A stretch of 63,892 bases of DNA, filler included, from Ministeria vibrans ATCC 50519 (GCA_943704425.1; 14 parts of 14 records of this genome joined end to end with filler, not necessarily neighbours in it), one strand, 5' to 3'; shown: positions 20,616-33,160, numbered from the whole stretch's first letter. The notes: generated by a model from the letters alone, not told the origin. Program-made: numbers and translations.

Positions 20616-23600
20616 ATGGACGCGTCAACGCAAACGGATACACGGCTGCTGGCCGATCTGGTTGCATTGGCGTTTGGCCGCAATGATGCCGCTGTGAACT
20701 CGCTTGCCGAATCCGACCGCATCTTCGTTGCAGCCCTCCGCACACGCCTCCCGTCCAACCCTGTTGAGGCCGCAGTGGGTGTGGAGGGCCTCAGTGCGCC
20801 CACAACGGGCACTGGCGCTCCAACTTGTTTTGTTGAGAAAATCGACATTGATTCTTCTGCTGTTGCGACTCCCGCTGACATCGCAATCGCCGCCGCTCCT
20901 GCCCCGACACTGGGCGCAACATTGCGCATGTCGTCGTCGCCGTCTCTCAGTGCGACGCCTGTGTCGTCTGCCCCCCGCAAGAAGGTGTCTTCGCCGCCCT
21001 GCGCCCCCTCCAAACTGACTCACGGCGGTGTTGAGGCTGCGCTCGCCGCTCCCGTCACTGTTCGCCCCAAAGACCTCGAACGCCCCATCGGACACCGTCT
21101 GCAGCAGTTTGTCGAAGCGGCCACGTCGCCCGCGCGGGACGGCAGTGCCTCGACGGGCGTCCACGAACACACCGACGGCACAGTCGACAACAAAGAGGGC
21201 GACTCTTCCTTCCCGCCTCCAATGCGCTCGTCCATCTCCATCGAGTCGGGTCTTGTTGCCCGTCACATCCAGGACGCCGAAGAGCGTCTCCGAGCGCCCA
21301 CCAGTCCCACCAGCGACGAATCATTCTCACTGTCAAGCATCAGCTTAGCCGCAACGGCATCCGCCGCATCGACACTACCTCACTCCCACAGCAAATCCAA
21401 ATCACGTCGCCCCAAGTCGCTGGTTCATCCTCGCACACACGCGCTGAAAAGTAGCTATCCTGCGCCCAGAAAGAGCGCAGGTGCCGCTGTGTCGCAACGG
21501 TCCGACTCGGAGTCGTCGACGCGCGATTTAGCCAATCACATTGCGGATCTTGCCATGACGGGTCGTCGACGCGCCAACAGCGACCCCTGTCTGACCATGT
21601 CGATGTCGCTGCTTGACATTGACTCTGTGCAGTCGGATGCACAAGGGGACGATGAGGAGTCCGATGACGAGACGGTGGGCGACACCAATGCAAACACCAA
21701 CACCAACGACAACAACACCGACACTGACGGTGCGACCACCACCACTACCGCCAACGCAACAAATGTGACGACCAACACCACATATAGTCGCCATTCTACG
21801 TCACACCGCCACCACCACGTCAACTACCCCCGCAAGGGCCACCATGCAGCATCGACCCCACGCCCCTCACCGCACCACAACACGTCCAAAGTGCACCACC
21901 ATCGCTACCGTGTCCTCTACGGCTCGTCGCACCTCTACGGACCGTCGGTTGGCTCACGTCTCTACCAACGATCAAGCGCGCCCGTCACCACCCGTCAATC
22001 GCCCATGCCAAGCGTATCCGACGATGCCTTCCAGCGCTTCAGTCAACAGATGCTTGCGGCACTCATGTTGCCCGTTTCACAACGTCACCCGGCACTGCGT
22101 CGCCGTGTCAGCGACCCCACTCTTTTTGATAGCGTTGTTGCCATGCGCGAGACGGCGGCGCGACAAGGCAAAACGACAAGCCATAATGAGGCGAGCAGTG
22201 AGCATGGGGACGAGTATGACGAGGAGGAGGGGGAGTATACCTCAGACGAGGAAGGGGACACGGGCGATGACACTGACGAAGTGGGCGAACTGGACCATTT
22301 GCGGAGCCTGGGCAGTTTTGCACGAGTGCGCGAATTGCGTGACGCACTGGAGATTGAGGGACGGTTTCGACGGCCCGACGACGAGGAAGGCAATGAGAAG
22401 GAGGGGAGGGAAGAAGAGGAAGAAGAAGGGGAGGAGGAGGAGGGGGAGGAAGGGGTGGCGGGCAAGACGAAGCAGAGCATGAAGCGAGCAGACGAGTCTG
22501 ATATGAGTCTGCAGATCCGTCGACGTGCGTCGTTCCTGTCGGGTGACGTCGGTGACGACGCAACTGCCGACGACATGTACATTGGAGGTACAGAGGAGGG
22601 CGCGCGCAGCATCCCGATGGGACCGTCGCTACGTCAGACTCTCAAGGCTCTCGTGAAGATTTTGCATCCGAGCGAAGTGTGTCGTATGATCGTGGAGCTT
22701 GCCGACGAACGAGTCGGATCGGGTCCACTGAGCGAGCTGCGCCATTGCCTGGCGCTTGTGGCGAGTCGAGAGAACACCGAGAACATGGCGGTGTTTGTGG
22801 TGGATGTGAGACAGCCCAAAGAGGAGGCGGAGACGAAGACGACAACGGAGGGTGACGAAGTGGTGGATGGAGGCGTGCCGACGACGTTGCTTGCCCCACC
22901 CGCGTCTTTGGGTGCGTCGTCGGTTGGGTGCGTCGTCGGTGGTGACACTGGGAGTCGTACTGCCCATTAGCAAGAAGATGGATGTCAAGCTGTTGGGCAA
23001 CGGGACGTTTGCGTTGGAATATGCGAATCGTGAGTACATCTTCAAGACAAGCTCAGTGCGGTCCATGTGGTCGACGGTGGCAGCACTTCGAGATGGGGTG
23101 AGTGTTGCGCAACGCATGGGAAGCGGTGGTGGAGGAGCGCCGTTGACCGACACGAAATGGCTTGCGCCCTACCAGACTTTGTGTCAGGCGAGCAAATCGA
23201 AGAACCGCACAAGCTTTGGCATTGACCTGCTTGCATTTGGTGGGGCGATTGAGTCGAGCATGGCGGCACGGCAGGCACTTGCGGGTGGCAGTGCGGCAGC
23301 GGGCGAGGAGGTGCCCGAGGGACTGCCGCCGAAGGGTGCGGTTGCGCTGCAGCTGCGCGAAGTGATGCGGTCGGTGGATCTAGACAATGTGACGAGCAAG
23401 CAGGTGCGCGAGTCGCTTGAGACTCACTTTGGTGTGCGATTGTCGCACTTTAAGCGCTTCATCGATGAGGAGATGATGACGGTGCTGGGCCAGATGGACG
23501 CGTCGTCGCAGATTTTTGACTTTTTGTACCTGGGGAGCGAGTGGAATGCAAGCAACAAGGCAGAGCTGGACCGCAATGGGGTGCGTGCAGTGCTCAACAT

Positions 23601-24384
23601 GGCCATTGAGATTCTTGAATTCTATCCGGACGACTACGAGTACCTACACGTGAACATCCACGACGAGCCGAGCGAGGACATTCTGCGGCACCTCGACAGT
23701 ACGTATCGCTTCATCAAGGGCGCACGCGAGCGTCAGATGAACGTATTTGTGCACTGTAAGATGGGTGTGTCGCGCAGTGCGACGGCCGTCATTGCGTTTG
23801 CCATGAAGGAGTTTGGGTGGTCGTTGGACGAGGCACTGGCGCATGCGAAGAGGCGGCGTGCCATTGTGCACCCCAATCGGGGGTTTATGCAGCAGCTGCG
23901 CGAGTACGAAGGGATTCTGCGCGCCGCCCGCAACTACGAGGTGTTTGCGAGTGGCGGGGCGGTGCGCCTGGATGCGGGCGCTGCCGTCGCGACGGCCGCT
24001 GTGATTGCTCTCAACCAGCCGGGATCGCCGCGTATTCGCAAGAAGACGGCGGCGAAGAAGAAGGAGGAGAAGAGTGACGGGGGAGGGACAGCTGTGGTGA
24101 GGGATGAGAGTCTGGAGACAGAGAAGGATAAGCGGGGGGAGGAAGAGAACGCGAAGAGTGGTGGAGGGGCGGCAGCGGTAAGGGATGAGAGTCAGGAGAC
24201 GGAGAAGGATAAGCGGGAGGAGGAAGAGAACGCGAAGAGTGGTGGAGGAGCGGTAGCGGTGCAGACGGAGAAGAGGGAAAGTGAAGGAGGGGGGGAGAGT
24301 CAAGAGACAAAGGAAAGGACCGTATCAAAGGAGGCGGAGAAGGAGAGCGAGGGAAGGATGGAAGAGGAGGAGAGGAAGAGTTGA
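20616..24384 (+). CDS. SSH: Slingshot cofilin phosphatase (SSH-N, DEK_C, DSP), split by a frameshift at ~22925
   Basis: TLGVVLPI..YIFKTSSVRSMWS; LREVMRSVDLDNVTSKQVRESLE..FIDEEMMTVLGQMD; FLYLGSEWNASN; catalytic VHCKMGVSRSA. Confidence 0.9.
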
Positions 24385-24605
24385 AGAACAAAAGACACGC
24401 GACGGACACTACGAGAAGGAGAGCGAGGGAATGATGGAAGAGAAGGAGAAGAAGAGTTGAAGAACAAAGACACGCGACGGACACTACAACTGTACAATAG
24501 AAAGCTTTCGCGTCTCTCTTGCTTATTTATTCAGAAGAAGATCGATCTCCCTTTTATTGATGATTACGTGCAAAGGGGTTGGTTTGGTTTGGCGTGTGCG
24601 TGTGT

Positions 24606-25375
24606 TTAGAGAGACGGAGGGGCGCCCAAGACTGTTCCACCGCCAACACGCACGGCGCCTTCCATGGCCGCTGCGAGCTCAGCACCAGCGTCCGCCATGG
24701 CTGCAGCAGACTGTTCGGCTTCGGTGAGACGTGGGGTGCGTGTAGTAGCTGTCATGGGTGTGGGCATGTCGGGGAACATGCCTGCCGCCTGCGCGCGTCG
24801 CAGCGACTTGAGCATCTTGCGCTTTGCCTTGCCTGACGCGGCGATAGGCGCGGCCGGGTTGCTCCTGTTAGGATGGGAAGAAGAGAGAGAGAAGAAGAAG
24901 AAGCGGACGGGTGAGAGGGGGGTGGGTGGGTGGGTTGGGTGCAGCAGTGTTGTGGTACCTTCTGGTCCGTTGAGCAGCCTTGACAATTCCACCGGACTGA
25001 AAAGTGAAGAGAAAAATGGAAAATGAGAAAGTCGTTTGGTCGTTGCAAGGCACACAGCGTAAGCGGACACACGTCAAAGGTGCATGGCGGCGAGACCGGC
25101 ACAGCAGACAAGGGGGAATCCCTTCCACGTGGATTTTTTTGGCGACGCAATTGGTCAAGGTGAGGAGGAAGGAGAAGAGAGGCGGCAGGCGTCCACGGGT
25201 TGATGCATACCTGTGTCTGGAGAGCGTCGGAGAGTCCGGCGTTGATGGAGAGCACGAGGTCTTCGTGGGAGATGCGCTTTTCGCGACGCGGTCCCTTCTT
25301 CTTCGCCAGACGAAGCTGTCGGCGGTGCTTGGCGTCGATTTTCTTTCCTCTGTTGTGTTCGCTGCCGTTGACCAT
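24606..25375 (-). CDS. Small basic multi-exon protein, possibly a C11orf98/Alb1-like ribosome-biogenesis factor
   Basis: K/R-rich N-terminus; SNPAAPIAASGKAKRKMLKSLRR loosely resembles the ITLSGKKRRKLL motif. Confidence 0.4.
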
Positions 25376-25587
25376 GTTGGGGGGTAGGTGGTGAAGGAAG
25401 GTGAATAAAGAATTTGTATTTTGTGAAATGAAATTAATTTAAAAGTTAAAAGTCAATGTCCAATTTCCAAAGTGAAGCGAACTCATTTCGACTAACAATT
25501 GATATTCAAGTCTTCTGTCTTCGCACATCTTGAGTTTAGATATTTTTGTTGTTGTCTTTCACTGCCACCTGCCAGTCTTGTAGCACC

Positions 25588-25972
25588 ATGCTGATTCAGC
25601 CGGCTGCAAGAATAATCCATCGTCCGATCGCTTTGGGGATTCGCTTCTACGCCAACCTGTACGGAAGCAAAGCACTCCATCTGCACCGCCATGCCTCTGT
25701 CTTTGGCGCACACCTCTCGTGGCCGGCGTCGGGCTGACCCGCTTGCTCGTAGGAGGCAGCAGCAGGCGCAGCGGCAGTACAACCGCGGCCTCAACACCAA
25801 CCTGGGCGTTGCGCTCGCCTGTGCCGTCCTGGTCGGCGCCACCGCCTTTGTACGGCCGCCACACGCCCCGCCGCCGACCGCCCCACTGCTAACACGGCTG
25901 TTTGTTGTCTAGGTATATGTCACGACGCCATTTGACAAGGGAAAGACGGTCGACAAGAAGCCAGTCGAATAA
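25588..25972 (+). CDS. Small single-TM protein (~75 aa, 3 exons), possibly mitochondrial
   Basis: GT-AG splicing gives MLIQPAARIIHRPIALGIRFYANL|RQQQAQRQYNRGLNTNLGVALACAVLVGATAF|VYVTTPFDKGKTVDKKPVE*. Confidence 0.45.
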
Positions 25973-26018
25973 ACTCATTATTATTAGTATTATTGTTGTA
26001 AATACGACAGTGCGCAGG

Positions 26019-26789
26019 ATGCAGTCAGGCGACATGTACAAGGCGCTGCCACAGGGCTCGGAGGATCCCCTGGTGGACGTCGAGGCGTGGCGCGAGTCGT
26101 CTCAGTTCCGCGTTGAGCTGCTGGAGAACGGGCGCGGCCTTCTGGTGCACCACCTTCTTCTGGACGAAGAGTGTGCACGTATTGTGTGCGCCAGTGAGCG
26201 CTTAGGGTACGCGGGAGGGCCCAAGCGAAGTCTTTGTTGATCGACCGTGATGGTTCATCATCATTGCGAAAACCCACTATGCCACCCCATACGGCCATTG
26301 TGGCGCCATTGCGGCTCTCCTTTCACCTTTGCATTGCGTGATGCAATGCATGGCGACTGGTGGACGTTGTGCTAAGGAAGAAATTCCATGTTTGGTCGAG
26401 CATTTAGTTTGATGATGATGTGTTGTGCGGTGTCTGCTGCGACGCATACGCTCAAACCCTCGGCCTCGTACGTTCACGTAGGTATGCCAGCCTTGAAGGG
26501 TTGTATGATCCACGCTACCGCGACAACGACCGCGTCCTCGTGCGCTCTGAGGCGATTGCCGAAAAGTTGTATGAACGTGTTCGACCCATCCTGCTTGAAC
26601 AGAAGAAACTTGTGTCGCGCGTGCCGGCCGAGTTTGAACTTGTGGGTGTCAACGAGGGACTGCGTCTATGCCGCTACACGCACGAGGCGGGCCACTTCAG
26701 CCCCCACTGCGACGGAGCATTTACCCGCAACGACCGTGAGCGCTCCTTCTTCACCATCAACATTTACCTCACAGACGACTTTGTCGCAG
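26019..26789 (+). CDS. 2OG-Fe(II) oxygenase (prolyl-4-hydroxylase-like), 3' truncated
   Basis: LLDEEC..SERLG|Y..YRDNDRV..GVNEGLRLCRY..GHFSPHCDG..ERSFFTINIYL. Confidence 0.85.
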
Positions 26790-26839
26790 GTACCCCGTTG
26801 ATTGGGCTTTTTCATATTGCGTAGTGTGTATGTTTATGT

Positions 26840-27233
26840 GTGTGTTTGTGGTGTGTGTGTTTGTGGTGTGTGTCTTTGTTGTGTGTGTCTTTGTGGTGTG
26901 TGTCTTTGTGGTGTGTGTCTTTGTGGTGTGTGTGTTTGTGGTGTGTGTCTTTGTGGTGTGTGTCTTTGTGGTGTGTGTGTTTGTGGTGTGTGTCTTTGTG
27001 GTGTGTGTCTTTGTGGTGTGTGTCTTTGTGGTGTGTGTGTTTGTGGTGTGTGTCTTTGTGGTGTGTGTTTTTGTGGTGTGTGTCTTTGTGGTGTGTGTCT
27101 TTGTGGTGTGTGTCTTTGTGGTGTTGTCTTTGTGGTGTGTGTCTTTGTGGTGTGTGTCTTTGTGGTGTGTGTCTTTGTGGTGTGTGTCTTTGTGGTGTGT
27201 GTCTTTGTGGTGTGTGTCTTTGTGGTGTGTGTC
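26840..27233. repeat. 15-bp minisatellite (TGTGTCTTTGTGGTG)n
   Basis: Directly visible; intronic. Confidence 0.95.
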
Positions 27234-27746
27234 NNNNNNNNNNNNNNNNNNNNNNNNNNNNNNNNNNNNNNNNNNNNTTAATTAATTAANNNNNNNNNNN
27301 NNNNNNNNNNNNNNNNNNNNNNNNNNNNNNNNNAAGGAGTCAAAGAAAAAGATGCATCTCGCCGGGTGTCGCGACGTGGACGGTCTCTTACGAGTGCGAG
27401 AGAAAAGATTGGCTAGGGCGAGATCCTGGCATCGGTGGCGACTGGCCCGTCGTAGACGCCCCTTTTCGTGGGCTGTGCTACTGTGATTTTTCAGATTGAG
27501 GGTGCTCTGCAGTTCCTCTGCAGCACGGGGTTCTCTGCGCACGCGAGTATGGGAAGCCTGGGGTGAGCTGCATTGACATGGCGGATCTAAAGTCAGGCAT
27601 GCGTGTTCAAGTAGGCGAAAACATCATCAATATTATTATTGGATTAATTGGAAATAAAACCCAGCGGTATCACCCAAAAAAGAAAACAAAAAAAAGGCGG
27701 ACGCAAAGAAAATGTCAGAAAAATGAGCTGCTGTATGAGGTTTATT

Positions 27747-29174
27747 TTATGGAGTACACCGAGTACGTCGCGCATTCCCGTCGTCCGCATGAAGTTCTGT
27801 GACGTGGACACCGACAAGTACGGCGTCGGTGCCGGATTGGTGCGGCTCGTAAAGACCCAAGAACGAGCACATCTCGCCACTGAACGAGGGGTCGGAGCTC
27901 GTTACCGTGTGTGTTGCTGAAGTTGTGTTGTAAATGCACGTTAGTACGAGCCTGTCACCAGCAGTGAGGAATAAAGGGGAGCGCAAGGCTTCCAGCTGCT
28001 GTCCGCGATGCTTCACGTCCTTGTAGCCGTTGTAGCGGTAGTCACCTATAATGGAACAAGTGCCATTGCGCCAGCGCTCGAGCCATAGGTGGTGCCCATA
28101 ACGATGGGCGTGGAAGCCCAGCGCAACAAGCCGCACGCGGCCCGACGTGGCAATATCTGCGGCCAGGGTCGCGGTGGGCATCAGCTGCACGTTCGCCTGG
28201 TACGACGTAGTCACGCGATACGCTTGCTGGCCGGCAGGTACGCGAAGATCCGTGGTGGACACCATGCCGATCATGCCGAGCCGGTGCTGCTCGGCCGCGG
28301 CAGGATTATCGACACGGGCGAGCGACAAGGTAAAGCCGCTCCGGTCAACAAAGCCATCGAGGTTGCCTGCCACCTGCCGCGCCAGCCACTCGGGGGGCGG
28401 CAGGTAATGGAAGGCAATCATGAGGTGTGTATACGGCGTCCCCTGGCCAAACGGGAACCCGCCCGTGTCGTTAGGTACCCGAAACCCATTCCCATCCATG
28501 CTGTACGCGGCGATCCACTCGCTGCATACACCTGACTTGCCTTCAACTTCAGCCAAAACGGACATCTTCGCATCTCGATATTGTGATGCCACTTCCTCTG
28601 TGCACAGCAGCAGATTTATGTGGTGTACAACATGCACGCCCTTGTACGTCGTTACAACCGGCTCCCACCCGACAATTGTGTATGTCGCATCAGACGGTAC
28701 ACGGTAAAACGAAACTGAGGAAAACGAGACAGGATTGCCGTTCAGACGACGCCCGTTGTCGTCGCCCATACTATCCTCCGAGTCGTCAATCGCTTCCTCA
28801 AGAACGTTGGCGCTTGAGTGGCCGGGAAAGGCAGACAGCAGCAAGCCGGCAGGATCGCTCACAAGCGACGTTTGCAAATCACTGGAAACAATAAGGTCCC
28901 GCCAGATGACACCCGCCTCGGGCCGGACCTTCATCCCCCCTGCCGTCGTCAAGGCGTCCTTTCCCTTGGCCGACACCTCCCCGTTTCCCACCGAGGACAG
29001 GTAATGGGCAACACGAGCAATGGAAATCCCACATACGACAGCGACCAAAATTGCAAATCCAATGTAGCACAGGGCTTCTTTTGACGATTGGATCCCCCGC
29101 GTGCTCCTCGTGTGCACAAATGGTCTCTCAGTAGAGTGACTAAAGTCGCCAAGAGGGACTTTGATGAAGCCCAT
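27747..29174 (-). CDS. Copper type II ascorbate-dependent monooxygenase (PHM/DBH/MOXD1 family), N-terminal TM anchor, intronless
   Basis: VVHHINLLLC, IAFHY, GFHAHRYG and GEMC copper-ligand motifs. Confidence 0.85.
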   Translation of the reverse strand: MGFIKVPLGDFSHSTERPFVHTRSTRGIQSSKEALCYIGFAILVAVVCGISIARVAHYLSSVGNGEVSAKGKDALTTAGGMKVRPEAGVIWRDLIVSSDLQTSLVSDPAGLLLSAFPGHSSANVLEEAIDDSEDSMGDDNGRRLNGNPVSFSSVSFYRVPSDATYTIVGWEPVVTTYKGVHVVHHINLLLCTEEVASQYRDAKMSVLAEVEGKSGVCSEWIAAYSMDGNGFRVPNDTGGFPFGQGTPYTHLMIAFHYLPPPEWLARQVAGNLDGFVDRSGFTLSLARVDNPAAAEQHRLGMIGMVSTTDLRVPAGQQAYRVTTSYQANVQLMPTATLAADIATSGRVRLVALGFHAHRYGHHLWLERWRNGTCSIIGDYRYNGYKDVKHRGQQLEALRSPLFLTAGDRLVLTCIYNTTSATHTVTSSDPSFSGEMCSFLGLYEPHQSGTDAVLVGVHVTELHADDGNARRTRCTP

Positions 29175-30249
29175 GCCGTCAAGTCAGGGCAGACGCAAAA
29201 TGAGATTAAAAATGAAAAATTATATAATTATTTTATTAATATTTAAAAATTTAAATGTACCGCAGACTGCAGAGTGCAGAGCAGATACGTATATTAGTCT
29301 GTGTCCGTTGCACGCACTGCTCATTGGCGTCATCAATGGCGTGAATCATAAGCGATGTATGCCTTCAGTGACTCCTAGTGGCAAACAGAGAAATCCCTGT
29401 ATTGACGAAGTATTGACTTCGTACTAACCCGTACTGGCTCCGATTATTTCCATTATGTTAGGAATGTGACCACTGACCACAAATTTAGTGCCAGCGCGTA
29501 CCATCGTCTGTCGTGGTGCGCTAACGGTGTATGATTGGCGTGTTATACCACTGGTTTACAAGGCAGAAAGCCGGAGCCTGGGGATTTTGTGCGGTGGGCG
29601 TTCACGCTTATTGCTGAATTCTCTCTTCATTATTTCTCTTCGCGAACAATATCATTTCTTGCCGGCGCATGTCACCGCCCGCCGTGTTGCGTAAGTGGTG
29701 TATGGAAGTGACAGATCACAGTGTGTGATGCCACTGGTGCAAAAGGTGCGTCGGTCGATGGCATACGCATTTCTCGTTTGTTTTCGGAACTATTAATAGT
29801 AATTAAAGATCGCTCAGCATGAGTACAGCTATTCACAGTATTTTTTTCGCCTAACCACAAAGAAAAAGATTGTTACCCACATCAATACACGTGCATTGGG
29901 GTGGGATCGGGTGGGGGTTAGGGTGAGCGTGATGATCCTGAAAATCCGAAAAAAATCCTAGCGCGTTCACAACGGTTTTTTGTGATTCTCGCATCCTAAG
30001 AACATTTTAAGCCCCCCTGATATTTGAGAGTGCAGAGCAACTGAGACACGGCTTTTTCAAGGTCTGAATAAAATTTAGAAATAGTATCTTCATAGTATCC
30101 ATTTTGTATATCATCATCCCTCACTTTGATCCCTCAAAGAGCGTCACCAGAGTTTCAACTTCGTTTCAACCAGCTTTGCCAACAAAGTGTTGCCCCCCCC
30201 CCCCCCCCCCCCCCCCCCNNNNNNNNNNTAGTTGTCGAGTGTCTGGTGA

Positions 30250-31336
30250 ATGGTGGGGATGTCGCCGGGGACAGTTGACGTCCTCTATAGGGTCGTTGCT
30301 CATGTCGAATCTTGGCTTTTGGGGGCGGAGGTGCAGTCCCTGGAGCTGCTCATTAAACGGTCAGTCTCAACAGCGCCAATCAACGCCGTGCTGTCGCTTC
30401 CCGCGACCCCTACGACGAGTGTCCACTGCGACGTATCCTCATCGCTTCCTGCGACCCCTACGCCGACGAGTGTCAACTACGACGTGTCTCCGTCGCTTCC
30501 TGCGACCCCTACGACGAGTGTGAACTACGACGTGTCCTCGCCTCGCTCTGCGACCCCTACGCCGACGAGTGTCCACTGCGACGTGTCCTCGCCTCGCTCT
30601 GTGACCCCTACGACGAGTGTGAACTGCAGTTCCTCCGCCCACCTTTCACCGACCGGGCATTGCGATCTTCAGAACGGTTGTACAAGAGATGCGCCTTATG
30701 TACAAGCAGGCCGCACCGGGCATTCGTAAACCGATGGCTCTGTAGTGGTCGCTCCTGACCTAACTCGACAAGAAATTGTCAAGTACATCGCTGAATCAGT
30801 CCCCGCAGACGACGCAGTTGAATACGTTTACTCGAGTGCGAGTCTCGATCGACGTCTGATGACCGCGACGCTTGGCTGGGTGCGACAGACGCTTATGCAG
30901 ATCAAGTACTCGGTTTTTTACGATGAGTACGATGATGTGGCTAAAAGAACACAGAATCAGCCGAATCGAAGGGGCTAAATATGCCGATCTCGTCGGAGAC
31001 CAGGAGTTTATCCGTCTTGCTACCTCGGCAATGGGTCATTTTCCCGCGAACACCATCAAAGACCTTTATCATGCAATGTCCACTCACAACACCCACGCTC
31101 TTTTAAGACTGTGTGCATCTGGCATTGGCAATTTCGACACAACCAGCGCCGCACCGATAAAATTATTACAATTAGCGGTTCAGAAACTTAAGAACCGTGG
31201 CTCTCTTGTTCGAGAAGTTCTGCAAGACTCAGCTCACTACTCCGTAGGCTCTCCAAGCCTGGGGCTGTGTCCCAAAGGTGGTTGTTTTTGGAACAAGAAG
31301 CCTGCCAATGGAGTCCAGGGGAGTCACCTAAAATAG
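30250..31336 (+). pseudogene. Frameshifted hypothetical gene with ~50-bp internal tandem repeats
   Basis: Three consecutive ORFs in different frames; repeats encode SLPATPT(P)TSV(H/N)(C/Y)DVS. Confidence 0.45.
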
Positions 31337-31341
31337 CTCTG

Positions 31342-31863
31342 CTACGCTCGCTCTGTCTTGGCTGTTGACGCCACGAAGCGTAACCATGGCAAGACAACGC
31401 TCTGTGAACTTTCTCTGGGAGACTCCTCACGGATGGCCAGAACACGCTCATAATACTCAAGGGCACGAATGTAGGATCCTTGTGCGTGGAACACAATGGC
31501 CATGTTGTTGAAAGTGATGCCTGTGTCTGGGTGGCCTCGGGATAGACACTTCTGTTGGACGGTCAAAGTTTGCTCAAGGGACTGAAGAGCCAGATCATTC
31601 TGACCCTGACTTATCAAAAGCTCGCCCATTGTTCCAAACGCATATGCGGCAACCACACACTCCTCATCTCCAAGACACGTCATACCCATTTCCATCGCCC
31701 GCATCGCTTCCCCAAACCGCCCTTTGACTTTCCAGAACTCCGCCAAGCGCACCCCAAGCAACACGCCTTCTTCGTCCTTCTTTCCAACCTTCACAACCCG
31801 CTCCAAACACTTCATTCCATGCATGCCAACCTCTCGACTCCACTCCATCGCAGAGTATATCAT
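31342..31863 (-). pseudogene. Kinesin-light-chain-type TPR gene fragment
   Basis: GHPDTGITFNNMAIVFHAQGSYIRALEYYERVLAIRE. Confidence 0.7.
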
Positions 31864-32009
31864 ATCATTGTGCCCAACTCAGACATTGCGACAAAACAGA
31901 TCAGTGATATTTATTTGTTCATTTTTCCAACCTCCCGTACTGCTCCGCACTGTCTCACGTGAAGTGAACAGCCTTGTTCTGCTGTGAGCGAGGGGCGGTT
32001 CGGTGTGAC

Positions 32010-32227
32010 AGAAAGGACATCTCTCTCGCCAGTGTCTCCTTGTCCGTCGTCTGACCTCCTGCTGCTATTGTCGGGTTTGTGTTGTCTGGGGAGAGAGGGA
32101 AGAGCAATTCTAGATACGACTGTGGGCAAAGAGCGGCTCGACGTAGCAGAAAGGCCGTCCCTCTCACCAGTGTCTCCTTGTCTGTCGTCTGACCTCCTGC
32201 CGTTGCTGTCGGGTTTCGGTTGTCTGG
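32010..32227. repeat. Two ~80-bp direct repeats, 138-bp period
   Basis: gaaagg..ccagtgtctccttgtc.gtcgtctgacctcctgc..tgtcgggttt..ttgtctgg at ~32010 and ~32148. Confidence 0.8.
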
Positions 32228-32230
32228 AGC

Positions 32231-32400
32231 GTGTCCCAGGCACAAGGAGACCAGCCTCGTGCTCTTGAGTATTACGAGTGTGTTCTGACCATCTCTGAGA
32301 AGTCTCTTGGTCCCGACCACCCATCCACAGGCTCCACATTGAACAACATTGGCGAGGTTTACCGGCAGCAAGGAGACTATACACTCGTGCTCTTGAGTGC
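32231..32400 (+). pseudogene. Isolated TPR module, opposite strand to the upstream TPR fragment
   Basis: RALEYYECVLTISEKSLGPDHPSTGSTLNNIGEVYRQQGDY. Confidence 0.7.
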
Positions 32401-32510
32401 GATCCTCTTTCCTCCGCAGACGTGAAGTTCCCTCTCTCTCTCTTTCTATCTACGCACACGATCACAACAAAAAGCATCAATACAAATGGAAAAAATGTGG
32501 AAAATTAACT

Positions 32511-33160
32511 TCAATTTGTAGAAGGGCAAGTGCCCCAACTAGGCCGGGGCAAAGTCCATGACAAAGCATCTCGATCGAAGTTAACTGGAATTGACCCGAT
32601 ACTAGAAACGCACCACAACGATAAATCGAGGTTAAAAGAATTAGCTTCGTGAAACATATGCTTCATGTCCGTCACTTGCTGCACATCCCACGAGGAAATG
32701 TCTCCGTTGAAAGACTTTGCAAAACCAAACATGGTGTTCATGTTTGTCACTTGACTAACATTCCAAAGCGACAAATCGCCATTGAATTGGTTTGCATGAC
32801 GAAACGTTCCAGCCATAGAAGTGACCCGTGATACGTCCCACTCAGCAACATTCCCGTTGAAAGATGAAGAAAAAAAGAGCACCCACATGTTCGTCACAGA
32901 TGACACATCCCAATTCGACAAGTCTGGTGATGAGAGGCCCGAGTATGCAAACGCCCACTGAAGGGATGTTGTGTCACTCAGATCAGGTGCATCTAGAGCG
33001 CTAACGTCCATATTCGCACAGCCATAAAAATAATTGCCGTTGTTACCCAGGATGGAGGGAACCCCACTGTTTGATGTCCAAGATCTTGAGTTTGTCCCCA
33101 CCGTTGTCAAAGCGCCAACCGACAATGCTCCCAGTTATCTCCAGAGTATAATTTCCGGCC
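32511..33160 (-). pseudogene. DUF285/BspA-like surface-repeat protein, frameshifted near 33050
   Basis: Five WDVSxVTxMxxxF repeats; upstream GWRFDNGGDKLKILDIKQWG lies in another frame from LGNNGNYFYGC. Confidence 0.85.

Noticed and set aside
26802-27289. Cys/Val-rich ORFs
   Set aside because: Translations of a 15-bp intronic minisatellite
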